Assembly (NCBI GenBank): GCA_051313645.2
Contig: JBNRSN020000019.1
Coordinates: 47,182,001-47,246,000 of the forward strand
Direction: 5' to 3'
Origin: Centroscyllium fabricii
Taxonomy: Eukaryota
DNA: 64,000 nt
The notes beneath the pieces are model-generated. The model saw nothing but the letters and a program-made list of their open reading frames with translations, made no database searches and had not been told where the DNA came from. Position numbers and translations under genes: made by a program. Positions 48,091 through 60,832 of this stretch are shown here, piece by piece. Numbering within the stretch: the stretch's first letter is position 1; every line of letters starts with the position of its first letter.

Positions 48091-51000
48091 GTAGTGCACA
48101 CATCACTTGAACTCCTTTTAGGGATATAAGTATTTGAATCCAGATTTCATTTTTTTTGTCCACTTACATGAGGTTTTATAAAATTAAGAGCCTATTTCTT
48201 GCAGAAAGTTTACATCTTAAGATATTTATTTTCACCTTTTGTGATGCACTTTATACTTCATTTATCTCAAAGCCCTGCTTTCAGAGACATTTTTGCAAAA
48301 TAAATGAGGTTGTTTATACGCCACTGGAGGAAGAAGCTCTGCTTGTGAGATGGTTTCATTCCTCGTCGCTCATCAATGTATCAACAGCAGCAAATGAGTG
48401 GCAGCCACCTACAGAGCTTCCGATCAACCACCATTTTATTCTGGCTGCATGTGTGCTGAGTGCTCAGTCTGCTAGCAATGCCGTTTTCATAATGTTAGGC
48501 TGGCAGACCACCATCTAACATTGTTGAACATCTTGCAGCCATGGTGAAAAAGTTGCAAACATGAGCAGAGCAAATAAGAACATTATCATGAAGGAAGCAA
48601 ATTCAGAACATATAATTACATCATATTGCAGTTAGATGGTAACTTTTACTCCTTCACACACAAGTTCTGCAAAGTAATATTAAGTGTCCATTTGAGTAAG
48701 TATTGCATTTTCCTTAAAATGAAGAAAAATTAAATAGCCCAAAATTGGCAGGTTTTTTTTGGTGACGTTCTCATTCACCATGTTTCCACCCTACCCATTT
48801 GTTTGTTCTGTCCAATATTTCAGCATACTTTTATTAATAGGAGTGTGCAACTTCACAGCTCCAAATGCACTTCTGTTCACCTAAACACGAGCAGCTCAAC
48901 AGTTAACTTGGGTCTCCAATTTTAGTTTAGTCAATTTCTGTATGACTGGTGTTGAAGTCTCTGTCCAGTCTTTCAATTGAATTGTAAATAATTTATGCTA
49001 TTGGTCTAGAGGTTGATTTTGATACATTGGTGTAGGATAACATGCATGCAGTAATACCTACTTGTTTTAGTCATTACAACTAATTTTCAGTGGCCTTTAG
49101 GTGGTATCATTCACTTATTAATAATTCATCATTGAATGGTGTTAGCTCTTTGAATCGGGTCTGTATGACAAGTTAAATGGGCATTGGAAAATTGTCAGAA
49201 ATTACTGTTTAAAAACACAATTGAAATATTTTGCTTTTTTTTACTAAAAAGCTGTGGTCTTAACATCCAAAATGCACCACATACCAGAATTTTTTTAAAT
49301 TCTAAACCTTTTTGGAGTAATGTGCAGTAGATTCCCTTCACTGATCCCTGCATTATCATGGGCCCCCCCAACCTCCTCATAGCATCTTAACCACACTTTC
49401 ATGGTAGTAGGTAACTTTTCGACAATGGTAGGTCACGATTTCCATTCCTGTCCTGAAACTTTTAATAGGGGAGTTCAACCATTTTTAAAATTTCCATGCA
49501 TTGCATGGCATCTGTTTTATTCCAATGATTTTCTGACCAGTTTGTTTGTTGCTGTTACAAGTTAGAAACATGGATGCATCAGTACAGAAAAAGCCCCCTT
49601 GTCCTTTATTCATGCCAGGTTTTCTGTTTTACGGTCAACAGAATCTGAACTCTTTCAAACTATTCAATTTTTTGTTCGAATTACAAAAACTGAAAAGCAT
49701 CTTTTTAATAAGAGTACATCTGTGTTTGGGCATTCCATCTGCCAGTAGTCAATCTGATCAAGTAAAAAGTGCCTGAAGTTTTTAAGAACTGATTCTAGAT
49801 GTTTATACCATAGTTCTGGTTTTAGGAACTGTGGCATAATACTGCAAAAGTTTTGCTTTCTACCATCTTATAGGACTACTTTCATTCCAAATATGGAAAT
49901 ACTTAGTTGCATTAAAACACCCAAGACACTCAATTATAAACGTGTGCCCTTTTACCTGCCCAGCCCACCATATAGTTTCACCAACCTTTTGACAAAATAG
50001 TTCAAGACCAGCTGCCTGCAGCCTCCAATCCCTCCTGAATGATTCTTTAGTCTTAACTACAGAGCAGTCATCAAATTGTCCTCAACCTGTGTAGTCCTTT
50101 TCCTCTCTTCCCTCCCCTCTTCTCCCAGCCTTTGTTACCACTCTACAAATGTATGCTGCTGCAGTATCTTCCTTTATCTAAGCAAGCCAAAGAGAATTTC
50201 AAGTGGCTTGAATAATTGGTGTAATGTGTTTAGCTGATGAAAGACAAGAGTTGTCTGACACCACCTTGGATCACAATCCTGGTTGTGTAGATGCTAGCAG
50301 TTTTTTTGAAGCAGCAACTAAAAAAACTATGCTTCAGAACCAACTTTCTAGGCATGTTTTACATTAAAAAAACCTTTCCTGTAGTTTTCCTGCACCATAG
50401 GTTTCCTGGGTTAGATTGGGTTGGAGTTCAACTCTCGGGCAGGTGCCAATGGCATTCTGAAGCAGGCCACTGATCAGAGTGGTTCCGAGTGGCTTTCCCT
50501 TCAACTTTCCATGCCACTAGAGAGGTGCATCGTCTGCTTGCCACCCTTTCTACTAGTTCACACTTGGGATCAGGAACTTGTTGTTTGGTCAGTTGCACAA
50601 ATACACGGGTATGGTTTAGGTATATATTGCAGCAGTAGAGTGGTAAAGTAGGTTTGTGTGGTGAGGGAGATGGAGAAAGGGGAAGAAGACAAAGATTAGA
50701 CTGCAGCAACAGTTTGAGTTCTCTGGCTAGTGAGTTGATCTGAAAGCCAGATCTAGATTTCTTTTTGATATAAAGATTACGGTTAAATCCTTAAATCAAT
50801 CCCCATTTAGCTATTTGTTTAATATCACAATTCAGTGCAAAAAAACAAACTTGCTGTGGCATATGTTCCACTATAAACTCACCAAGTTTCAATAATCCTG
50901 CTTCGCAAAAAACCCCAGAAACAATGGGTAACAATATGTACACCTGCTGAGAATTGACTTTACTGCTTGACTTGGTTTGTGGTGGAATGTTCCAGTCATC

Positions 51001-51207
51001 AACCTGATTTGCCAAAACACTTTGAATCCCACAGGCTGGTATGGATGCAGGTCCAGTGGACTTTATCTCTGCTAATCCTAGTGCATGTCAATTTAAATGT
51101 TCAGCAAAAGCAGCATGGCTTCCTACGAGTTTACATCTCATGGAAGTTGTTTGATTACAGCTTTCTGACTGTCTTGGTCTCAATTTTCTGACCTTTCCAC
51201 TGTCTAG

Positions 51208-51216
51208 CAGCTCTGT
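51208..51216 (+). CDS. Candidate 9-nt (or 6-nt from 51211) WNK1 microexon, phase 1-1
   Basis: Branch-like ctgac, pyrimidine tract, tandem acceptor tag/cag, then CTCTGT|gtaagt perfect donor. Frame-preserving. Confidence 0.5.
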
Positions 51217-52658
51217 GTAAGTAATTTCATATTATATACTTGTGCTCTGGTTATTGAAGCTTAAACAGGGAATATCTTGGACTTTAGATGATTTTACTTT
51301 ATAATGGTGCCTACAAGACTGTCTTTTTACTGTATTTCCTTAAAACTTTTGGACACAATCATTGGCAAAATCATTTTGCAGCACCATTACAGCACCTCCT
51401 GTGTCGTCAAAATGACTTTTCAAAAAATGTTTTACTCAATTTGCAGTATAATTGACTCTTTCGTGCAGATTAAACATACATTCTATGCTGCTTATGAAAT
51501 ATTGATTGAGAAATTACTTTTGCATTTTTCCTATGAAAAACATTCAATTTTAATTTTCTGATTGTATTTATGGATCGTTAGAGTTTACCAGTTTCTGTAA
51601 TTAGGAATGACCGATTAGAAAATATTTTAAAATGCATATTGTAAAACTTATTTCCCAGCCTTAGTGTTGTTTGGCACAGCAAACCATTAAATTGTTCATC
51701 TTGATTGGCCAAAATTACAATTGCCATGGTTTTAAGGTTTACCTGTGCTTTAAGAATTTGTCATTGGGCGTTTCTTTGATAGAAGTCTCACTTTTACATG
51801 GTGTGAATTAGCTCATCAGTAAAGTCTGACAACACACAACTTTGACTGCTAAACAAAATTGTCAGTAGCTTTTTAAAAATCTTTAGAAGTTGTATTCTGT
51901 ATGCTGTATGTCATTCTTTAACTGAGTGAGCAGGTGAATGATCTGCTCGTAGACTTCTGCTAAATCTGCTTTGCTGCCCTGTCCTCACTTTCCACAGTCA
52001 ATGCCACGGGAGATCTACTAATGTGTGTGCATCCATCTATCTCTCTCACTATCACATAAGCAGATTTGTTCTCTCTCCCGTGCACACTATTTCTCTCACT
52101 CACTCTGGCTCTCACTCACTCTGGCTCTCACTCATTCAGACACAGTTATATACATTAAAATATAATATGAAGATTTAATTGCCCTCATTATAACGAGGAA
52201 ATCTTTTTTATTTTTTGCCTATTTGTGACAATGCCCTCATCCAAAGATGATCTGGGTCAAATACTTATGAGCTAAATATATTTTCCACTGTACCCTCTGC
52301 TGTTTGGGAAATGGAGATGTTGAACTTGATATTTAGACAGGATCACTTTTAAACAGCGATGATGAGATATCTATTTCAGCAAATGTGATATTGAATTATT
52401 TAAATTGACCTGCATAGATATTCAGATACTGTGGCTGGTGTTGCTAAATATGCATGACCACAATCCCAGAACTAGAACCTACACAGCACAGGAAGAAGGA
52501 AAAACTGACCCTGCCGATATTGGAATGGAACTTTACCTTTACTGCAGTGCGCATTAATCTTCTGCTAAATAAGTTCCTTCCTAATCCCCCAAAGTTCGTC
52601 TACTGTTTGGTCACTGCTGGTCCATTACAACACTGAAGCAGCAACTCAAGAGGGAAAA

Positions 52659-52722
52659 CAATCATCCCCCCTCCATAAAGATTTGTGTGACAATCCTCCC
52701 CCCTCCATAAAGATTTGTGTGA
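52659..52722. repeat. Tandem duplication of a ~32-bp unit
   Basis: CAATC(A/C)TCCCCCCTCCATAAAGATTTGTGTGA twice. Confidence 0.9.
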
Positions 52723-53173
52723 CCTGACCATTGCGTGGTGCTGCAGAGCAGTTGTGTTCTAGAGGAAGTGCAGCTATTTGAATAAACTAGAAATAAGAAA
52801 GCAGTGTATCTATCTTAAATAATATTTTGAAATACTAGAAATCAGAGGCCAAATTGTTTTTAAAGTAAATTGGAAAAATGCTCTCTGCATACTTCTCAAT
52901 TTGTAAATGGCAACCAGTTACAGTTAGTGACAAAATAAAATTTTGGAATAGGTTCTGAGAAAGAAGCATACTTTTTTTACTAAATTTAGTCAGTGATGAA
53001 GTCCCAATTTCCTGAATTTTGCACTCGTGCTGAAGGATAACCATTTGCTTCCTCTCTGGTTTTACTGCAATGCAGTCCCGTATGAGGTCACATTAATCAA
53101 TTCAATTGATATTAATGTACTTTCTTCCATTCTGTGTGTTTCTCTTCTCCAAGCACTTTTCTTTATTCTTTAG

Positions 53174-53215
53174 GGAAGATGGTGAAAAAAGTCTGCCCAT
53201 GCAACCAACTGTGTA
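53174..53215 (+). CDS. WNK1: WNK1 alternative 42-nt cassette exon (RKMVKKVCPCNQLC), phase 1-1
   Basis: ttctttattctttag| acceptor and A|gtaatt donor. Peptide matches recalled mammalian WNK1 isoform KMVKKVCPCNQLC (exon 26b-like). Confidence 0.85.
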
Positions 53216-53772
53216 GTAATTATCTTTTTCTAACATATTTTACTTACATAGCATGTGACACTTGCTGTATAAGATCCTTGCATCTGATTTTAGCACTTGG
53301 GCTTCTCCTGTTTTTTTTTGAAGTTTCTACACCATTTAAGTTTGTTGGGAGGACGAGATGTTTTTCAGAAACCACATCTTTTTTTGCACTTGATGACCTG
53401 GAGCAGTGAAATTATCTTTTCTAATCTGGCTGCATGGCTTTGTGTTGCCTCAGGATATGCAGACTTTAAACAATTGTAATAGAAGAATTCTTTCTGTAGA
53501 CCAGCACATCATGGATTGAAAAGTTAGAATTTTAAAAAACTTTTTTCCAAGCTTTGTTTGAAAGGTGTTCGCTGCCCCCTTCATAATAGAATAATGCATT
53601 TTAAAGGAAAGCTAGATAAGTACATGAAGGAAAAAGGAATAGCGTGATATGCTGACGGGGTTAGATGCAGTAGAATGGGAGGAGGCTCATGTGGAGCATA
53701 AAGACCGGCATAGACCAGTTGGGACGAATGGCCTGTTTCTGTGCTGTAAATCCTATGTAATGTAGACTCTCA

Positions 53773-54470
53773 TGCCCCAGTTTCACTGGAGGCTAAGAAT
53801 GCCAAGAATCTCAAGAATCGTCAAGAATCGAAACTCTTGGCGATTCTGCAAAAAATGCAAAAATTCTTGGTTGATTCTTGGCGATTCTTGGTGAATTCTT
53901 GGCGATTCTGGACAAGGTTACGAATCTATCACGAATTATTGTAGGAATGAGGTACGAATCACTCACGAATATGCAGAATTAATTAAGAATCCACTACGAA
54001 CTCCACGAATAAGTTACGAATTCTACGAATTAGCTACGAATTATCTACGAATTGCATTCGTAGTGCATTCGTAGTGCATTCGTGGGCATTCGTGGTGAAT
54101 TCGGCATTTTTCCACGAATTTGAGAAAATCAAGAATGCCCAAGAATAGCCAAGAATGCACTACGAATCCACTACGAATCAGTTACGAACGGTAAGAAAGG
54201 GTCACGAACGGTAAGAATGGGTCACGAATTGTTTAGGAATCTATCACGAATTGGACATTCGTGAACCCTCCCACGAAATTTTTTGACAAACAAAAACTTT
54301 CTTGAAAACTCAAAGAAATCCCGCGAACTACCGCGAACTACCGCGAACTCTATGAATCCACTACGAATCCACTACGAATCAACCACGAATTGCAAGAATG
54401 ACCCACGAATTGGGCAAATTTCACAATCGGCACGATTTGGCAATTCGTAGCCTCCAGTGAAACTAGGGCA
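53773..54470. mobile_element. Non-autonomous PIF/Harbinger-like element filled with ACGAAT/AAGAAT repeats
   Basis: TIRs TGCCCCAGTTTCACTGGAGGCTAAGAAT / ATTCGTAGCCTCCAGTGAAACTAGGGCA with 3-bp TSD TCA. Confidence 0.85.
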
Positions 54471-54950
54471 TCAAAGCTTGTCTCCTAGAAAAAGCCCAAG
54501 TGTAGCTGCCTGACAGGACCTGGGCTCCAGACTTGGGACTCCATGTTCAGAGACTGTTGCTTTAGCTGAAAGGGATGGTTTATATTGTACTATAGATCCA
54601 CTTTTAATTGCAAAAACATTTTAGTTACCACAAGGTTATTAGTAAATCTTTGACTACAGCAAATGTAATTAAAGCCAATAGTGCATCAGCTTGAGAGTAA
54701 AACATATCAAATACTACAAGCAGCAACCCAGAAAACCTAAATAGTTAAGTCCATGCAGCACAATCATTTAACTAGACTACGAATCTCACCTGGTCATAAT
54801 TAGTGCATGGATCACAGTATCCCATTAACTTTGGATCAAAGTTTTTGAATTTCCTTTCTCCTCTTTCTCACCCCTCAATTTAATTGGTCAATTATCAGAG
54901 ACCACAGAACCTATGATGCTAAAATCAGGTGTAAAGGTAGCTTTGGATTT

Positions 54951-55212
54951 TGCATGTGCAAAGAGCTGGTAAAAATAATTTGTGAATGTGGATGGGTTTA
55001 GTGTTTCTTTCGTGATGCTCTCTAGCTGCACTGCATGTACAAATGCAGCTTGACTTTAATACAACATCTTTGAAGCATGTGTTACAGTAAAGGAAGACTG
55101 CATGAAGCCTTTATTAAATGGCTGAAACTAATTTGCTTTCTTGTATGTTCAGAAAATCTTTAATATAACGCAATCTTGGACCTGCAAACTGTATGTTGAA
55201 GTTAGAAGCATG
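54951..55212 (+). promoter_or_regulatory. Cluster of (T)GCATG RBFOX-type intronic splicing elements
   Basis: TGCATG at 54951, 55032 and 55099, and GCATG at 55075 and 55208. Confidence 0.45.
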
Positions 55213-55527
55213 TTCTAAATATAATTTGTGCAAATTAGTTTGCTCTGTTCAAGGCCACCATGCTACCACGGTTCTAGACCCATTGATGAAGGACCTTTTA
55301 AAGATATCTATTGAAACTTGATAACTCTTTGGTTGATTCAATCCTGCAACAACAACTTGCATTTATATAGCACCTTCAATGTAGAGAAACGTCCCAAAGC
55401 GCTTAAATTCATTGTTAACTTCAGATGAGGAGCAACGAGAAAATAAGAGCTTTACTTTACTCTTACATCGTAGATTCTGGTAACTTTTGGTTATGTGTTT
55501 GCCATGTATCGAGATTACGTATAAAGA

Positions 55528-56333
55528 TACAGTTTAATGTGGATAAATGTGAGGTTATCCACTTTGGTGGCAAAAACAGGAAGGCAGATTATTATCTGAA
55601 CGGCAATAGATAGGGAAAGGGGGAAGTACAATGAGACCTGGGTGTCCTTGTGCACCAGTCGCTGAAGGTAAGCAGCAGGCGGTGAAGAAGGTAAATGGTA
55701 TGTTGGCCTTCATAGCGAGAGGGTTTGAGTACAGGAACAAGGATGTCTTGCTGCAGTTGTGCAGGGCCTGGGTGAGAGCACACCTTGAGTATTGTGTGCC
55801 GTTTCGGTCGCCTTATCTGAGGAAGGATGTTCTTGCCATGGAAGGAGTGCAGCGAAGATTCACCAGACCTGGGATGGTGGAATGACGTATGAAGAGAGAT
55901 TGGATCGATTAGGCTTGTATTGGCTGTTGCTGGAGTTTAGTAGAATGAGGGGATCTCATTGAAACTTATAAAATTCTAACAGGACGAGACAGACAAGATG
56001 CAGGAAGGATGTTCCCGATTGCGGGGGAGTCCAGAACCAGGGGTCACAGTCGAAGGATAAGGGGTAAGCCATTTAGGACTGAGATGAGGAGGAATTTCTT
56101 CACCCAGAGAGTAGTGAACCTGTGGAATTCTCTACCACACAAGGCAGTTGAGGCCAATTCATTAAATATGTTCAAGAAGGAGTTCGATATAGTTCTCAAG
56201 GCTGAAGGGATATGGGGAGAAAGCAGGGACAGGGTACTGAATTTGGATGATCAGCCACGATCTCATTAAATGGCGGAGCAGGCTCGAGGGGCTGAATGGC
56301 CTACTCCTGCTCCTATCTTCTATGTTTCTATGA
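55528..56333 (+). mobile_element. 5'-truncated CR1 LINE 3' end
   Basis: QFNVDKCEVIHFG..FFTQRVVNLWNSLP. Tail ctatcttctatgtttctatg. Same subfamily as 12614-14530. Confidence 0.92.
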
Positions 56334-56464
56334 TATGTAGTCATAAAAAGAGGTAATCTTCAAGCCTTATCCAAATATCACTGAAGGCATGAGTTATAAT
56401 ACTTGTATTGAAAACTATATGCTGCCAAATCTGGAATCAACTTAATTTCTTTTTTACCTCCCAG

Positions 56465-56661
56465 GGACAACTAGCACAAATGCAGTAAGTGGAGTTGGGC
56501 AAATGACTCAGCAACAGCAGCCAGCAATAACCAGTAGAAAAGGCACCTTCACAGATGATTTGCATAAGTTGGTGGACAATTGGGCACGAGATGCTATGAA
56601 CCTCTCACAGAACAAGCGTGGCATGAAACAACAGGGTCAACCGGGCCAGCATTACGCTGAA
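56465..56661 (+). CDS. WNK1: WNK1 penultimate coding exon (RKGTFTDDLHKLVDNWARDAMNLS), phase 1-0
   Basis: tttttacctcccag| acceptor and GAA|gtaagt donor. Conserved WNK C-terminal amphipathic helix. Confidence 0.96.
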
Positions 56662-57119
56662 GTAAGTAGGAGTCTGCTTCATGGCTCAGATTTGTTTTAA
56701 ATGTATTTAAATGGCACACGAGGTCAAATGGTTGAGTATTCGACTGCTAACCAGAACTACCTGCTGCTTGAAATTACTTTTAATCTTTTATTGAGTCTCA
56801 AGATGAGTTTTCAATACTAGAATGTTCACCTTTTATGTCTTATGGCTGATCTGAGTGACAAGCAATCCCCATCACCGACTTTGTACCTACCTAAAATATC
56901 TACAGTGGGGGAAAAAAGCATAGACTGTATAGCACCTTATCACATTTCAGAAACTTCATTCAGCACATGGCATACAATTTCAATGACTTGTGTTTTTTTT
57001 GAGGGGCAGTGACTATTATGTAGCAAATATGTCAGTTAAAATTATCAATTATTCTGTTATCTGTCATTGGCAGCCCTATTCCTATAGGACTAATGCTGTT
57101 TGTTTATAAAATTTTACAG

Positions 57120-57440
57120 ACAATGCCAAGGAAGTATTCAGCACCAGGTCAACTCTGTGTCTCCATGACAAACTCCGTGGGGGGACCTTCTATTTCTGCT
57201 GCCTCAGTTGGCTCCTTGGGTCCTTTCAGCAAGACTCCTATCTGCCAGTATGGTTATCCTGGAGCGCCTTACGGTGGCCAGTGGACTGGAGCACCTCCCC
57301 AGCAGCAACCCGGTATTATACCACCAAACCCAGGCCTCCAGTTTCAAGCAGTCGGCACCACGTCACTACAGAGCTTTCCCTTGGGCACTTTGCAGAAATC
57401 TGTCAGCAATCCTCCTGGATCCAATCTTAGGACAACGTAG
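57120..57440 (+). CDS. WNK1: WNK1 final coding exon ending LQKSVSNPPGSNLRTT*
   Basis: ttttacag| acceptor. RKYSAPGQLC and C-terminus SNPPGSNLRTT match human WNK1. TAG at 57438-57440. Confidence 0.96.
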   Translation, partial: TMPRKYSAPGQLCVSMTNSVGGPSISAASVGSLGPFSKTPICQYGYPGAPYGGQWTGAPPQQQPGIIPPNPGLQFQAVGTTSLQSFPLGTLQKSVSNPPGSNLRTT

Positions 57441-60400
57441 AGGCACATTTCTAGTTCTGGATAAGTGTGATCAATAGACTGAGTGGAATTCAAGGTGAAA
57501 TGGCCTCTGCTGATGTTGCTGGGGATAGGTCATAGAGCTTTAAAACATACAAATGGCTGACACTGCTTTTATATACACAGCATCATTTGAGAGCTATTTT
57601 ACTAGTTCTGTTTCAAACAGCGTTCTGTGCGGACATGTATTTACCCATCAGTTTTTGATGTTCAAACACTGTGATATATAAATGTTGTTGGACAACAGTA
57701 GTTAAAAGTGGATTTAGAGGGTTTAAAGTTTAAAAAAAAAACAAAAAAACTAAAGCTAGCTATAATCCATACTTATCAGAGACACTTTAACTTCCTTTGT
57801 TACTTCATTGTATTAGGTAAATAAATGTGAATGTAAAATTGTATAAATGTACTTGAATACCTGTTTTCCCAGTATGCTTGCTGGATTCATAGTGCCTTGT
57901 ATTGTGCTTCTGACTTGTCTGCAGGAAAGCACTTAAGTGTCCCCAACAGAGAAAATAAAGAGGAAGCGAGCAAGTGAAGGTGGAGTTGTGGTAAAGTGGA
58001 TAGTTCATACTTGTTCTTCAACAGAGCTGTTGTCATTGGCAGTGACCGAAATACGTCCATTATGTAAATCTGTTCCAGTCTTTGTCCTTCCCTCCCCAGT
58101 GATGTTAAAATATGGAGTCACGTAAGGCCAAGATATTAATGGTTAAAGTTTTCTCATGTAGATTCAAGATCTGCATTTTCCAGGATATTCAGCAAGTGCT
58201 GTTGCTTCTGGAAATGCATTGAAAATGTCAGTGGTTAGGTTAGACAATGTTGAAGTCACTAAGTCTAAAATATTAGTTAATAGTTGATACCCCCTCTAAA
58301 GACTGCTGGTACATATTAAAAGCAGCATCCCCTCTAAGGCCAAAACATGTTTCATTTTCCTTCATGAAATACTGAATCTGTGGAAGAAAATGCTGTTCTG
58401 CCATGCATCTACCATTCATCTTTTTGAATGTAATTCATAATTGCAGTTTATTGACCATCGTTTTTTTTTTTAACTTCATTAACCCTGATACAATTTACTT
58501 TGTAGTTGGAGGTTGTCACCGTTAAAATAACTTGTGAGCCAACACAGGAAATTGCTCTGAACCCGGATATGTGAGAAATGTGAAAAATGATGTAAGAAAC
58601 CTAGTAATCAGTTTCAGGAAGGCCTTTCTGACATTCTCCCCTGACTTTTCGTAGTATGTCAATCTGATACTTAAGTGAACAGAAATTCTAAACTTCACTG
58701 TCCATATTTTATATGCAGCAGTGACCATATAGAACAAGAATATGAATTGAAATAAATACAAAATTTAAGACTACACTGATGTATAAGATTTGTATTTTTC
58801 TTTACATTTCTCACTTAATGAAAAGGAATGCTGATTTAAAAATATTTGATATTGTTTCCTGTAAGATCAACTACTTAAACCTGAGGCTGTCTTCTTCCAC
58901 CCCCCCCCCCCCCCAACCCAAAAGGATATGTTGTCCTTTTGTTTCATATTCATCCAAACTACAGAAGTTAAACTTTTGTTTCACCAGGTATTTGCAGAAA
59001 AGTAACTGGTATCGAACTTGCAGTTTTTACTGATGTGGAGAATAAAAGGACAAATATAACAACATTTGGCTGTGAAGGTTGTTTTATAAAAAAAAAAGGT
59101 TTCAGTTCTCTGATTTATCAAAGAACTGTTAAAACCCTGCATATGTAGTTGTTGCAAAATGCAGGTCAGCACTTTATTTTGTTTAGTTTTTTTTTAAGTA
59201 AAATTGAGGACAGTTGCACCATTTATATAAAAAAATAAGACTTTTCAGTATGAATGGTTAGTTCTGCTGTAACTGTTGCAACAATTCATGGAACTGAAGA
59301 ATTTCTACTGCAGCGTCTATTGCAGACTGTTGCTAATATGTGAGCCTTAAACAATATTGAATGGAGTTGGGAAGTTTAAAAGTTGTAGAAGTAGACATAC
59401 TATAGCAAATTATTCCAATAGCTCTTGTTTGAAATGCCCAAACTCTAAGAAAAGCATGCATTGAAAGAGGAGTTCCCATGTATAAATTACCTGTTATGAA
59501 GAACACATTTCTGTCTTTCACTAGGCTTTGTTTAAAAAGAAAAACTTCAGAGAGAATTATTGTGTAATTTTATTGTTGGTTGAAAGTGTAATGGTATTTT
59601 CTGTGTGACCTGCTGGGGGTTTTACTTTTGTTTTAGGCAGATAGGCATGATAATGAAAAGCTTTTATTTCTCTTTCTGTCTTTGCTTCCCTTTTAATAAA
59701 ATTTGAACTGGTACGGGGACCGTTTCAGCAGCTGCTTTCACTGTATCTCTACCCTATGCTTCACGATGTCTGTTATTCTGTTGTGGATTCCTTTCTTTAA
59801 AACGAAGGAAAAATTGAGAGAAAAAAAGCAAGTACTGCAATCAGTATTACTCCTTAGACTGCAATAAACTGTGAAAAGTCCACACAAATACATTGCATTT
59901 TTTTTTTAGTAGAAAGTAACTTTTTTTTAGATATTAGTTGGGTTACTGACCTCTGAAATACCCCAGATGTTCTGTGAAATTTATGCCATTTGCATGGGGT
60001 TGAGGAGAAAGCTCAAGAATGCTTAACTTAAGTTTCTCAGCCCTCAATTTCCTCTTCTCCACCCATCTGTTCCCTCCCTTCCCCAAAACTGTAGTGGAGG
60101 TGGATGTGGAATGATATGCAATAATTAGTGCTGGGATTTCTGATGGAGGTAGGCTGTTAGTTTACTTTGTTTGTTTTTGGTTCCTGTTTAAGTACAGGTT
60201 GGCAGTTAGAGTTTCGGTATATGTATGCTATTGTGCGTTGGGATGCATATTTTTATGCACTTGATATATTCTGCATTGTTTTGCTCTGTAGTTAAGAATT
60301 AACATCATCCGACATCTAAAGCAAAAAGCAGTTGGTCTCAATTTATTTTAAACTAGGATGCAGCACACAATTTTTCTCCCCATCTCCCCCTTGTTTCAGG

Positions 60401-60832
60401 CTTTTTAATATCATGCAAAAAGCTGGATCCATTTGCCATTTCCCTCCTGTGGAAAACAATTATAAAAAAAAAAAATGTACAAATGTTATAAATGCTACTG
60501 ACCGGTGTTAAATTATTTTATGTAATACTCTTGATACCTTTTTTCCCCACAAATTGCAATCTTGAAATGACTGATTCTTCTGTTGCTCTGGATTTCAGTG
60601 TCTGTCCTGAAGATCTCCTTTCATTATTTAACATTATACACTGAAGAAATGTGGGGATCGTTTGCAACATGAATTGTATGTTTGCACTAAATAAGGGTGT
60701 TGAGCTACATGTAAGATTGCGCTTTGCGCTGAAATTTGTTACTTTCTTTGTAGATTATTAACTGAAATCATTCAAATAAAAATGATCAAAATCTCAACAC
60801 TAATCTGTCTGCATGTTTATCACACAAATAAA
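57441..60832 (+). other. WNK1: Putative long WNK1 3' UTR with multiple poly(A) signals
   Basis: AT-rich with no recognisable transposon. AATAAA at 57820, 58751, 59041, 59695, 59863, 60775 and 60827. True end inferred. Confidence 0.6.

Noticed and set aside
53785-54450. CRISPR-like or satellite array
   Set aside because: Repeats are 6-7 bp with short spacers, there are no cas genes, the context is a eukaryotic intron, and the array is enclosed by TIRs and a TSD.
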